From Marsupella aquatica (taxonomy: Eukaryota; Plantae; Marchantiophyta): a stretch of 64,000 bases of DNA. The DNA is taken from assembly GCA_973895155.1 (NCBI GenBank), contig OZ316897.1:6810470-6874469 (forward strand), written 5' to 3'. Shown here one piece after another: positions 1 to 11,200 of the stretch; positions within the stretch are counted from its first letter, which is position 1; each line of letters begins with the position of its first letter. Under the pieces are notes generated by a model that saw only the letters and a program-made list of their open reading frames with translations, was not told the DNA's origin and ran no database searches. A program made the translations under genes and the position numbers.

Positions 1-1023
1 AAGTGGAAGCGAGAGCTTAGAGACGCAGAGGAGGCCCACATAGCAGCCAACAACCGGGCCATGGCGGAGACCCAGAGAAGGGAGAGGGCGTTGAAGGGGG
101 AGCTCGAGGATATCCGCGGAGCCCTTGAGCAGAAGGAGGCCGAGTTAGGAAAATCCTATTAGGCGATCATTGTGCTAGGACAGGAGCTTGCATCCCTGAT
201 GGCCAGCTTCAAGGCCGACCTCCGTGAGAAAGACGACCAGCTCGACCAGACTTATGCCAAGATGAATAAAATGGAGTCTGAGGTTGTAACAGAGCTCAAC
301 AAGGAGCTAAGAGCAACCCAGGAAGAGAGGGCTACCTTAAAAAAGGAGCTAGAGAAAGCCCAGAGAGAGTTGGAGGAAGCTCAGAAGGAGCTGGAGGAGG
401 CATGCAAGGACCTGGACGAATTGCAGGAGGAGTTGGAGGAAAGCACGCGGAAGATGGAGAACTTACAGCGGCGGGCTAACAACCACACGGAGCGGTTGAA
501 GAAACAGGCAGCAGTATTTAAGTATTTAATAGGGGCAACCAAGTTGCCAGGAGTAGTACTGGCCGAAGGACAAGCCGAGACACTCGCACCCGTGCCGGAG
601 GTAAGTGGCAAAGGGAAGGGACCAGCTGCCAAGACAAGGAAGAAGAAAAAGCAAAAACCTTTTGGGTCGGGGAGTAACACGGCTTCTCAAGCCGTTGTGA
701 CCAAGGAGGTAAACCCGACACCAACCTCAGGCAGGGTCACGGCAGAGGATCCAACTGTCCTACAAGGGGATGGCAAGGGCAAAGCTGGAATGCTCAGTGA
801 TGAAGCCGGGGTACCGGATCCACCACTAGAGCATGCTGGGGAGGCCGTAGCCGTATTAAAGGTCATGGCCAATGTTGAGGCCAAAGCCGAGGGTGGACCC
901 GGTCAGGCCGCGGGTGAGTTGACTGGGTGTGGGGCAGGTAATCTGTCAGAGGACGGACCTACAACAGTGGCTACGGAGGAAGAGTTGGGGGCGTCCATTG
1001 AGGATCAGCCACCGCTACCATGA
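1..1023 (+). pseudogene. C-terminal coiled-coil/low-complexity part of the LTR-encoded protein
   Basis: ORF 172..1023 matches the C-terminus of the 1207-aa ORF (QELASL..SFKADLREKD..ENLQRRA.N.TERLKKQAA). There is an in-frame TAG at 159-161. Confidence 0.85.
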
Positions 1024-1915
1024 CGGTGGTGAGGGCCACTCCTTTTAAGGAGGGCGGACGTGGAGGGAGGAGGCATGAGTAAGCAGGGCGGGCTCAGATC
1101 TCCAAGTTTAGAATTAGGATCAGGACCAAGAGGTGGCCCTGACACTTAGATTAGTGGGATTGCGGATCCACTGGTAAGAGCAACACTTGTGCTCCTGCCT
1201 CACTGTACATAGTAGATTACAGTTAGGATAGATTAGGCTTACGCTGCAAGGAATTAGGTGGATCCACTACCAGGATAAGTACCTGGGCAGCGGGTAGTTC
1301 AGGGCCTTCTTCCTTAGCAAGTTTTTTGTGCACCAGCAGGGCTAGGATCAAGTAGTTAAAGAAGATCTCGGTTAGTTATGTTGTGACCCTTGTGTATATT
1401 CATGTTTCCTCATAACTAAGAGATGAATCTCTTGGCCTCACGGCTTAGTTCACAGATCTTGTGTATGAGAAGTACTGTTTGTATGGCAAGTGCATGGTAT
1501 AACTCAGTCAGAAGGAGTCATTTTGCTATTTGTGTGTCGCATTAACTTGTTTGAAGATTGCCCACATCAACCAAGAAGGGAGTAAGCAAGGTAGTAAGAG
1601 TTGGATGTGTTGAGCTGAGAGAGGTCTTAGCGGCTTACCCAAGCCAGTTGGGGATCATTCCGACGGCGGAATCCAAACATACCTAAAGGAAGACCCGGAG
1701 AGGAGGACAAGGGAAGGCATAGAAGAGGCCGGCTACATATTTCATGACCCGATGAAGGATTTGTCCAGTATATGTGTGTAAAATGTTAGTCGAAGGAAGT
1801 TAACAGCGTCCCATGCCGCTAAGCCGCGAAACCGGCCTCGCCAAGAGCAAAACCTGCAAGAATCGACTTGTGCAGGGGGGTTTCTTGGGTTCAGGGAGCC
1901 ATGGGACGCACCACA
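1..1915 (+). mobile_element. 3' part of a giant gypsy LTR (family A, older/diverged copy); solo or 3' LTR
   Basis: Colinear with ~53981-55924. It ends in the family terminus ...ATGGGACGCACCACA at 1915 and is not followed by a PBS. Confidence 0.9.
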
Positions 1916-2095
1916 CATTGATCAGCGCCGGGTCGTCCCACCCAGAGTTCTCTCAAACTTGGTTAGCCAAACTCTTGTAATACTCTTTTGTCTTAGTTAT
2001 GAGGCCTTCCAACTCAATTTTGTAAACATTTGCTTCAGCAAGTGAAGAAGATGCCTCTTCAACCGGCTTACCAGCTCACTTCTCAACCAAGGCCT

Positions 2096-2960
2096 TCATG
2101 CCTCCTTTGCTAGAGTTAAACATAATTGAATTGGTTCCTTAGAATCCAAGAAAGATATCTGGCCAACCTTGCCAATGAACTTCACTAGCCCTTTATCCAT
2201 AGCTTCCTTGAGATCTTGACAATTCCTCTTATCATGCTCCTTGCTATCACACCACATGCATGGCCAGCTCTGTCCTTCTTGCTTCTTCTTTGGAGCACCC
2301 ATTGCTCTTGGTTTTGGATTCTCAACGTCAAGATCTTCAGGTTCTTCGTCATCTCTATGAGATCATCCATGTCGGCTTTTCCACTTCCTTGACTGATTCT
2401 TGCTTCCCTTTTTTCAACACCGGTTCCAATGAATTTAGGTCAAGAGTAGTCGCTTCCTTGTCTAGCTCTCTCCTTTGATGCCAATTGCTCACTTTTGACA
2501 CTGCCTTCTCAACCTTGTTCCAGTCATTCAATAAGGTAACTCTGGTCGGTTCCAACAACTCCATATATATTTTTTCCAACTCCTCTTGAAGGTCTCCATT
2601 GGTTGCTCTCAAGAAGAGAGTCAAGCGTTGCAGCTCGATTATCCCCACATCGATCTTGTTTGGCAATTGAGACACCCTTTGCTTACACTCTCTTATCAAC
2701 TCTTGTGGACCCTTTAGCTTCTTGTTCTGATCATTCACCCAATCCAAAAATGTAGCTTGAGTGACCTGATCAGCATCCTCAGCTTGAAACTCTCCTTTCA
2801 TTTTCTGATCAAAGTACTCCCAGTTCTCAGCCAAACCAACAATAGCTTTCACCATCGAGCTCAACTCTGGCTTGACCAGCACAAAAAACTTCTTCACCGT
2901 TGTTTCTTTGTTGAACTTGTAGACAAATGCCTTTGTCAAGTAAGACTTCAAGTAACTCAT
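2096..2960 (-). pseudogene. gag: Degenerate LTR-retrotransposon gag with a zinc knuckle
   Basis: Frameshifted ORFs 2355..2960 and 2096..2302; CCHC motif CMWCDSKEHDKRNC. Confidence 0.7.
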
Positions 2961-3349
2961 CTGATTGAGCCTTGTCCAATAGATGTGAGTAGAGTTTGGG
3001 CATTCATGGGATTGTCAATCTATTCATTAAAAGTGAACCATTATTCAATTTTTATGAACATTTGGGCAATATAAAGTGTACATTTGGCCTTCAAAAAGTG
3101 TATAATTGGGCAAGAAATAAAGTTGATGGCCATCAGATGTACCACCATGTTCATCAGGACTTTGTAAATGAACTAGGATGAGACTCCTTCTAGTCAAGAT
3201 CATTTTTGTCTCCTCAAGTTTACAATTGATCATTTAAGTGTAGAGTATTGTACCATAGTGTACCTTTTGGGTTTAAAAAGTGTACATTTAAAATATCAAA
3301 AAGTGAACAAAATAAAGTACACTTTTAATGAATAGGCAAGTACTGGAGA

Positions 3350-3850
3350 CATATGAAGGGATTCAGTGCTATGGCAAAGCCTTTGAACCAATTGCTAAAG
3401 TTTGATCAGGAGTGGCAATGGGAGATGACCAAGAGCGAGCTTTTATGGAGCTCAAAGCCCAGTGGTAGTTGTGCCTATCTTGAGGAGACCTATCAGGGGG
3501 CGTCCATTTTAGCTGACACTGATTGGAGTATGTTGGGACTTCGAGCAATGTTGACACAACACAGTGATGAGGGTAAGGAGTTTATGGTGGCCTAAGTATG
3601 CAAGTCGTTCAAACAATGCAGCGGAGTCGTGCTATAGTTCGTACAAGGGAGCTAGAGTCCTTGGCAGCAGTGTGGGTTGTGGCATAGAGGTTACCCTTGT
3701 TATTGATTACCAGCCGCTCAAGTGGTTAATGGATTCTAACAAGCTTACAGGGAAGCTTGCAAGATGGGCTCTTATCTTACAAGAATATGACTTTCATGTT
3801 GTGCATAGACCTGGAATTGCCAAGCTTGATGCTGATGGGATGGTCACTCT
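3350..3850 (+). pseudogene. pol: Degenerate Ty3/gypsy RT-RNaseH fragment
   Basis: KGFSAMAKPLNQLLK, DTDWS..GL.AMLTQ, YASRS, IDYQPLKWL..KLTGKLARWALILQEYDF.VVHRPG...ADG. Confidence 0.85.
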
Positions 3851-3853
3851 TGC

Positions 3854-4265
3854 GTGATAAAGCTAAGAAAACTTTTGAGTGATCCCAGGCCTAGATTACA
3901 GTATTTTATGAGGGATGTAAACCCCATGATGCTGTATGAAGAGCAAGAGTATTGTAGAGCTCCCATTTCTATGAGGTTGAGACAAGTGATTGCTAGATAT
4001 AGACTCACCTCACATCACTTGGAGGTAGAGGAGGGTAGATGGAAGGGAATTAGGAGGCAGGATAGGGTGTGTAGACTTTGTGATAGTGGTAGCATTGAGA
4101 ATGAATATCATGTATTCATAGCATGTAGACAATATGAGGAGGTTTGAGTAGCACATCAAATCCTTGTTTCTGATCTGCATGATCTATTTAGGTTGCCACC
4201 AAAGCAACTTGGATTGTATATCATGGCAGTGGATAGGAAACGGTGTGATAGCATTACACATTAGT
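3854..4265 (+). mobile_element. 5'-truncated LINE fragment (ORF2 C-terminal Cys/His region) inside the old gypsy pol
   Basis: ARYRLTSHHLEVEEGRW...RVCRLCDSGSIENEYHVFIAC is typical of non-LTR ORF2 C-termini. Boundaries are approximate. Confidence 0.75.
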
Positions 4266-4691
4266 GACTCTTAGGGTCCTTAGTTTGTTATTAGTGAGGA
4301 TGTAGAGATCCTCACATGAGCATTTGACTCATTTCTTTGCTTTGTATTTGGCTTTTTTTGCCACGGCTCCCTTGACTCATTGGGTCGTCGTGGAGCTTAG
4401 AATTTGACTTTGACTTTGATGGGTTGAGTAGGAACCCATGCACTAGCCAAGAGGATGAGACTGGAGCTAGAGGGCATGGTGAGGTTGATGAGGAGATGGT
4501 GCCAGGTTGGCATGCATCTGCCTTCTTGTGTTGGTTGCCTGGGTGGACTCTAGTATGGAGGATCACATGATGTCTTACTCTAGTAAGAGAATAGATGGCC
4601 AACCTTCAGATCCTGAGGTTGGAGATGGTGGTATGGATCCGCATGTACCCCATCTAGCTTAGAGAGAGCGCATTGTGAGACATGCTCATGA

Positions 4692-5940
4692 GTGGAGAAA
4701 TTTTGGATTAAAGCATACACCAATGCCCCTACACCACAACTACACCCCTTGCCTATTATGGGGTTTGGTTATCATTGGAGTGTGGACTTTGCGGGACCAT
4801 CATTGTTGACTGTACAACATCATTGGTATCTGTTGGTGATGGTAGAGCACTTCTCCAAGTGGATTGAGTTGGTGGCATTACCTGACAAGGCAAGTGAGGG
4901 AACGGTGTATGCGTTTCTTGATAGAGTGTTGAGTGATTTTGGTGCACCAGCCAAGGTGTTGACCTACTAGGGTACGGAGTTTTAGGGTGAGTTTCAGGTC
5001 TTGTGTGGCAAGGTGTTGATTGATCACCAAACCACGTCTTGAGATCATCCAAAGGCAGATGGTTTGGCTGAGCGGGTATGGCGCGCGTGACAGTAAACAG
5101 GAAACAGGTTTACTAGTACCAGGAAAAATTTTCCTGTTACCAGCAAAAAGTTACTGTTACCAGGAAAAATAACCATGTCAAAATATTTTCTAAAAAGTCT
5201 CATTTTCCAAAAAAATCTAAGTTACAACATTTTTTGGCTAGCTTTGGGCGCTAGCAAAAATAAATAAATTTTTGAATTTTTATTTTTTTCCTTCCCCAAA
5301 TTAAAAAAAAAAAATTCAAAAAAAATTCAAAAAAATTACCACTCACTTTCCTGTTACCAGTTTCTGTTTTCTGTTATTGTTTGCTATTTTCTGTCGTTTG
5401 TAAATACCCCGGCTGAGCGTGTTGTTCAAATTGTGAAGAGGGGATTGTGCAAGTATGGCCTATAGAAAGGGCATCTGGGAAACTAGGATGTCCATTCAGT
5501 TGCCATGGTTGGCCTTGGGGTATAGATTCACTCGTCAAGCATCCTTGGCCTCCTTCTCACCTTATTATCTAGTGTACATCCAACATCTACACTTGCTAGC
5601 AGCAATTCATCAAGTGTCTAGTGAGGTGGTGAACCTTGACAACCCAAAGACGTGGATGAGGGTGTGTTCTCAAAGGGCAGAGCTCGTGTAAAGAGTTATG
5701 CCAACAACCTTTGAGAACCTTGCCATTGCTCAACATGATAAAGATACGTTACATGCAACCATTCAGGGTGGAGGTTATTGACCATCGATTTGTAGGTTTT
5801 GTGTGGGGGACTATGTCTATTTGCAGCACACTCCACCAACAAATTTGGATAATTTGACTAAGAGGGGAGCTACACCTAAGGTATTGGATTTGAATGGGTG
5901 TTGTGCTACAGCTGTCAGGATCCACAACGCCGACTATCAC
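4692..5940 (+). pseudogene. Degenerate gypsy integrase, interrupted by a MITE
   Basis: WSVDFAGP...VMVEHFSKWIELVAL...FGAPAKVLT, then HPKADGLAER across the MITE junction, then LALGYRFTRQASL..FSPYYL. Confidence 0.85.
5074..5410. mobile_element. 337-bp MITE of the Mutator-like family at 17904-29363
   Basis: 8-bp TSD GGCTGAGC (5066-5073 and 5411-5418). Its ends GGGTATG... and ...GTTTGTAAATACCCC match the two ends of the 11.46-kb element (GGGGAATTTACAAACGACAG / ...CATACCC). Confidence 0.88.
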
Positions 5941-6984
5941 TGGCAACCAACTAACTAAGAAGATTTTGGCCTACAAGCTGATTACTAGAGCAAAACAGAT
6001 AGAGACGCTACTAGAAGTCGGACACTAGAAGAAACCGGCCCATTTTGAGACCCTGCCTTTAGTGACTCCAATGAGACCGGTCAGAATTTGTGACTCCTAG
6101 ATTGTTTGTGTCATTTTAGTTACAAGTTGTGGACTTAGTTCACGGTTTTTCCTGGGGATGTCATTTGTATAACTATTGGAAAAGTTGTAACTTTAACTTA
6201 GTTAAGCCAACTCGAATGAAGTTATATAAGTGACTCATGAATGAAGTTATTGCACCAGGCAAGGATTCTGAACCCTGGTTTTGTGTATAACTCATGGTTT
6301 TGTGCACTATTAATGAGGATGTTTTTTCAGTTTGTCAAGACCTTATTTTAACACCTACTTTTATTCAATAAGTCCATGCAATTCTTTGTCTTAATATTTT
6401 TTACAAGCAATGCATGCTTCAGATTCAATAAGTCCAACCTAGCCTCCATGACACATATTCCATGGAAAAGTCTTCAATACCTTACCCTAAACAAGAATAC
6501 TTTTCATAATGGTCATGTTTAGTCATACCTGACCATTTGGCCCCGTTTTTCACCAAAGGGGGTGTTGCTAACCACTCACCCCACATATAACGTCAGTCCT
6601 TTGGATTAGGCAAAGGAAAATAAAGCTTAGGCAAATCATAGCTTTTGTGAAGTTGGGGGCAAAATTCAGGGAGTACTTGGGGGGAAAATACAAGGCGGAA
6701 CCGGTTTTGGCCCCCCCAACAACAGTCGCCACTTCTCACCGCGACTTAGGGTGAGGGGAGCCTGGCTAAGCTCTGCCCAGCCCCGATGTGTGCTGCTCAA
6801 TTTCCCGCATTTTTCTTTGTTGCGTTGCATTGTTGCCGAACTGGAACTCCATTGCTGCAAAGAGTTTAGGGTCTAGGTGACATTGCTGCTGAGCTCAATT
6901 CGTGAGCTGCCTAGGTTCATTGCCAAATGCTACTTCCTTCAATCGCCTATTGCCTGTTGTTACAATCGCCTGCTCAATCGCGCA

Positions 6985-7070
6985 CCTAATCGCCTGGAGC
7001 TCATTTCTCCCCGAGCTCATTCGCCTGGAGCTCATTTGCCTGGAGCTCATTCGCCTGGAGTTCAATCGAC
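6985..7070 (+). repeat. 15-bp tandem repeat (TCGCCTGGAGCTCAT), about 5 copies
   Basis: Read directly from the sequence. Confidence 0.8.
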
Positions 7071-7508
7071 TGCTGCTGAAACTACTATTGCTGCAATCGC
7101 GAGCTGCTCAATCTGTTGTTCGACGCAAGTGTGGCGGAGGACTGAGACGGGGAGCTAGAGAGTTGCAGAGAAACCAAGTGCCGAACACTCCGCTTGCAAG
7201 AATACTCTTTTCCGGTCTTGTTGTCAACTCTTGCACTCTGGTTTAGGGATTTGGCGCTTTTGGAGGTGGGCTTTTGGTGCTTCTCGAAGAAACCTTGCGC
7301 TTCTTGGAGGTAACCTTGCACCCTTTTTGGTAATAGAGCAGGCAGTAGTTGTTGTTTAGGGTTGTCGGGTTGGGTCAGAGATGTGGAGGATTGAGGCTGC
7401 TGCGCGCAAACAATGTTTTTCTTTCAATTGGTGTTTTTCTTTCAAGTGGTTTTCTCCTTCAGCCTGTTCATATTTACCCAAGCTAATGCTGTGTGATTGT
7501 TTGTTCAG

Positions 7509-8217
7509 GGAGTATGAGTCATTGAAGGCGGCCCATCCCACTGCAGGAACAACTTTTCCAGGTTTCATGGAGTGGATTAGAGTGGCAATTAGAGAGCATC
7601 ATGAGACCCACCCAGACATGGATGCAGACGTTTACCTACTGTCTAATGCCCCTAGCCTGAAAGTGAAGACTTACAACCGGATGAGAGCATATGGGAATCA
7701 CTTTCGAGTGAAGGATGGTGACAGTGCCTACAGGGTGACGAATGACTGTGGGCTCATCACTGTATTTGAGCAACAGAGCCACAATGACGACATGGCCTGG
7801 ATGGAGATGGGATATGTGGGAGAATTAGTTGACATATGGGCTCTGGACTATGGGGCGGTGTCCAGTCCTGTGATTCTTATGAAAGGTTCATGGGTGCGGC
7901 AGGATTGGCTTGGTAATAGGGCTACCATGAAGAGAGACAACGACGGTTTCTTGCTGGCCAATTTCAGAGGGAAATTGCCCGAATGGTCTGAGCCATTTGT
8001 GTTTCCCAATCAGGTGGAGCAAGCTTTCTTCCTGGATGTGGAAGACTCCCCAGGTTGGCGTGTAGTGTGTCATAAACAGGCCAGGCAACGTCAGATGGAA
8101 GGATCAAACCTTGAGTTTCATTTACACTCTCATAGTGCCTTTGATTGTCGGCGTTCAGACCAAGTGCCTGTAGTTCATGATAGCGGGGACTTCATTCCTG
8201 TGACAAGGGTAGATGCA
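7509..8217 (+). pseudogene. CACTA transposase C-terminal exon (DUF4216-like); continues at 14566-14622 after the LTR insertion
   Basis: RMRAYGNHFRV...NDCG...GYVGELVDIWALDY...MKGSW...EPFVFPNQVEQAFFL...WRVV. Acceptor TTCAG at 7504-7508. The frame resumes as FAEGGKF...VP* after the TSD. Confidence 0.85.
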
Positions 8218-8220
8218 TGT

Positions 8221-11200
8221 TGTGGTGCGTCCCATGGCTCCCTAAACCCAAGAAACCCCCCAGCTCAAGCCGATTCCCGCAGGTTTCGTGCTTGGCGAGG
8301 CCGTTTCCGCGGCTTAGCGGCATGGGACGCTGCTAACCTTCTACTACTACTATTAACATTTTACACACATATACTGGACAGATCCTTCATCGGGTCATGA
8401 GATACGTAGCCGGCCTAATATAGGCCTTCCCCTGTCTTCCCCTGTCTTCCCCTCCGTCTTGTTAGGTATGTTTGGATTCCGCCGCCGGAATGATCCCCAA
8501 TAGGCTTGGTTAAGCCGCTAAGACCTCTCTCAGCTCGACACATCCAACTCTCACTCCCCTGCTTACTTTCCTTCCTTCTGTTGATGTGGGCACTCTTCAC
8601 ACAAGTTAATGCGACACACAAATAGCAAAATGACTCATTCTGACTGAGTCATACCATGCACTTGCCATACAAACAGTACATCTCATACACAAGTTCTGCG
8701 AACTAAGCCGTGAGGCCAACTCTATTCAGCTCTTAGGCATGAGGAAACATGAATATACACAAGGGTCACTGTATGACTAACCGAGAGCTTCTCGTACTAC
8801 TTGATCCCAGCCCGGCTGGTGCAAACTAAAAACTTGCTAAAGAAGAGGCCCTGAGCTCCCCGCTGCCCAGGTACTTATCCTGGTAGTGGATCCGCCATTC
8901 TTTGCATCGTAAGCCTAATCTACTTAACAGTAATCTACTTGCCCGAATCTACCTATGTACAGCAAGGCAGGAGCACAAGTGTTGCTCCTACCAGTGGGAC
9001 CGCAATCCCACTAAGCTAAGTGTCAGGGCCGCTCCTGGTTCTGATCCTAATCCTAAACGTGGAGATCCGTGCCCGCCCTGCCCACTCACGCCTCCTCCCT
9101 CCACGTCCGCCCTCCCTAAAAGGAACGGCGCCCTTGCACCGTCACGACACCGGTGGTGGATCCTCAATGGACGCCCCCAACACTTCCTCCTCAGCCACTG
9201 CCGTTGGCCCGCCTACTGACAGATTACCTGCCCTTGACCGAGTCAACTCTCCATCGGCCTGACTGGGTCCACCTTCGGCTTCAGCCTCGACAACTCCCAC
9301 GGCTTCGGCTTCAGCCACCCCCACGGCTTCGGCTTCAGCCATCCCCACGGCTTCGGCTTCAGCCACCCCCACGGCTTCGGCTTCCCCTTCCCCTAGGGTA
9401 GTTGGATCCTTAGCCGTGACCCTGTCTGGGGTCGGTGCTGGGTCTACCTCCTTGATCACCACGGCCTGTGAAGTCGTATTACTCCTTGACCCTGAAGGTT
9501 TCCGCTTCTTCTTCGTTGGTGGCTCGGCAGCTGGTCCCTTCCCCTTCCCACTTACCTCCGGCACTGGTGCAGGTGGCGCGGCTTGTCCTTCGGCAATTAC
9601 CACCCCTGGTAACTGGTTTGTCCCAACAGGAGATGGACCTGCTGCAGCTAAGCATTTAAATACTGCGGCTTGTTTCTTCAGCCGCTCTGTTTGGTTGTCG
9701 GCCCGCCGCTGTAGGTTCTCCATCTTCCTCGTGATTTCCTCCAACTCCTCTTGGGTTTCATCCAGGTCCTTACGTGCCCCCTCCAGCTCGTTTTTGGCCT
9801 CCTCCTGCTCCCTGTGGGCTTCCTCCAATTCCTTCTTCAAGGTAGCCTTCTCCTCCTGGGTTGCTCTTAGCTCCTTGTCGAGCTCTGCAATGATGACAGA
9901 CTCCATCTGGTTCATCTTGGCGTAAGTCTGTTCGAGCATCTCGTCCTTCTCCCTTAGGTCGGCCTTGAAGCTGGCCGTCAGGGACGCAAGCTCCTGCTGC
10001 AGCGCCATAATCCCTTGATAGGATTTCCCTAACTCGACCTCCTTCTGCTCAAGGGCTCCGCGGATTTTCTCGAGCTCCCCTTTCAACGCCCATTCCTTTC
10101 TTTGGGTCTCCGCCATGGCCCGGCTGTTGGCTGTTATGTGGGCCTCCTCTGTATTCTTCAGCTCTTGCTTCCACTTTTCCCTTTCTTTGATCGTGTCGGC
10201 CAACTCTTCCTGCGTCTGAGTCAGTTTATCCTTGATATTCTGATTATCAGCCTGCGCGGCGTCCAACTGCCCCTGCATGATGTTCAGCTCATGTCGTTTA
10301 ATCCGCAGTTCATCTTGGGCTTTCTTGGCCGCCCTTAGATCTTCAATCTCGGCTCCCATCCTCCTAAGCCGCCGAATGACCTCGTCCTTCTTGCTTCTCT
10401 CTAAAGCCACCGCTTCTTCTAATTGGTGCTTCTCCAACTGCTCCCTATGGAAAAAGGGTCCTACCTCCAACTCCTCTCCAAAGATGCCGAGCGCAAGTTC
10501 CCCACACATCTCACCATACTCCATGGCTCTATTCTTAGCGTAGGTGGAGTAAGTAGAAGTGATCGGCATCGCCCATCGTGGCCTCTGCTCCCAAGCCGTC
10601 CTGCGGATCTCTTCAATCGTGGCTAGAGGTTTGCTTCCTTTTTCGGCTAGCCGCCTGATGTCCTCCGGCCAATCTCCTCCTGGTAAATCCTTTTCCTTAG
10701 CCAGGGCGGCCTCTTCCTCCTGCTTGATTCGCTCCTGAAATTCCTGCACCGTCTGTTTTATGCCGTCGAAGCTCGGGGGAGCAACATCTGGTGGGGGAGA
10801 CTCAGGGCTACTCTGCTGGTTGGGGTCCCCTCGCACTACCCTTGGAAGTGTGGGGACAAACCGGCCACAGGTCCTTACTCCTGGAACGTGATGGTCCGAC
10901 CCATAGCCGGAATTATCATGGCTGCAGTCCTCCACTGCCTCCTCTACCTCTTGGATTTCCGGCTTCTCCCTCTCCTCTTCCTCGGTAGGAGCTTCAGGCA
11001 ATTCTGCCTCAGATTCGGAGCTTGAGGTTCCCATGTACATTCGAACACCTGGCTTGGATTCCGGCCTGATTCTCTCCTTGTCTCCAGCAAAGGGTTTTTC
11101 TCTTGTGAGCCGATGTAGGCCTACCTCTGTAGTAGTGTCCTGCATTGTTGCCGTTGCCGTTGTTGTTGCCGATGCCGATTTCTTTTCTTTCTCCAGTAGT

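Noticed and set aside
2960-3350. AT-rich segment with repeated AAAGTGTACA motifs as a MITE
   Set aside because: No convincing TIR or TSD could be defined.
7381-8400. 339-aa ORF as an intact gene
   Set aside because: It is a chimera of intron sequence, a CACTA transposase exon and read-through into the LTR end.
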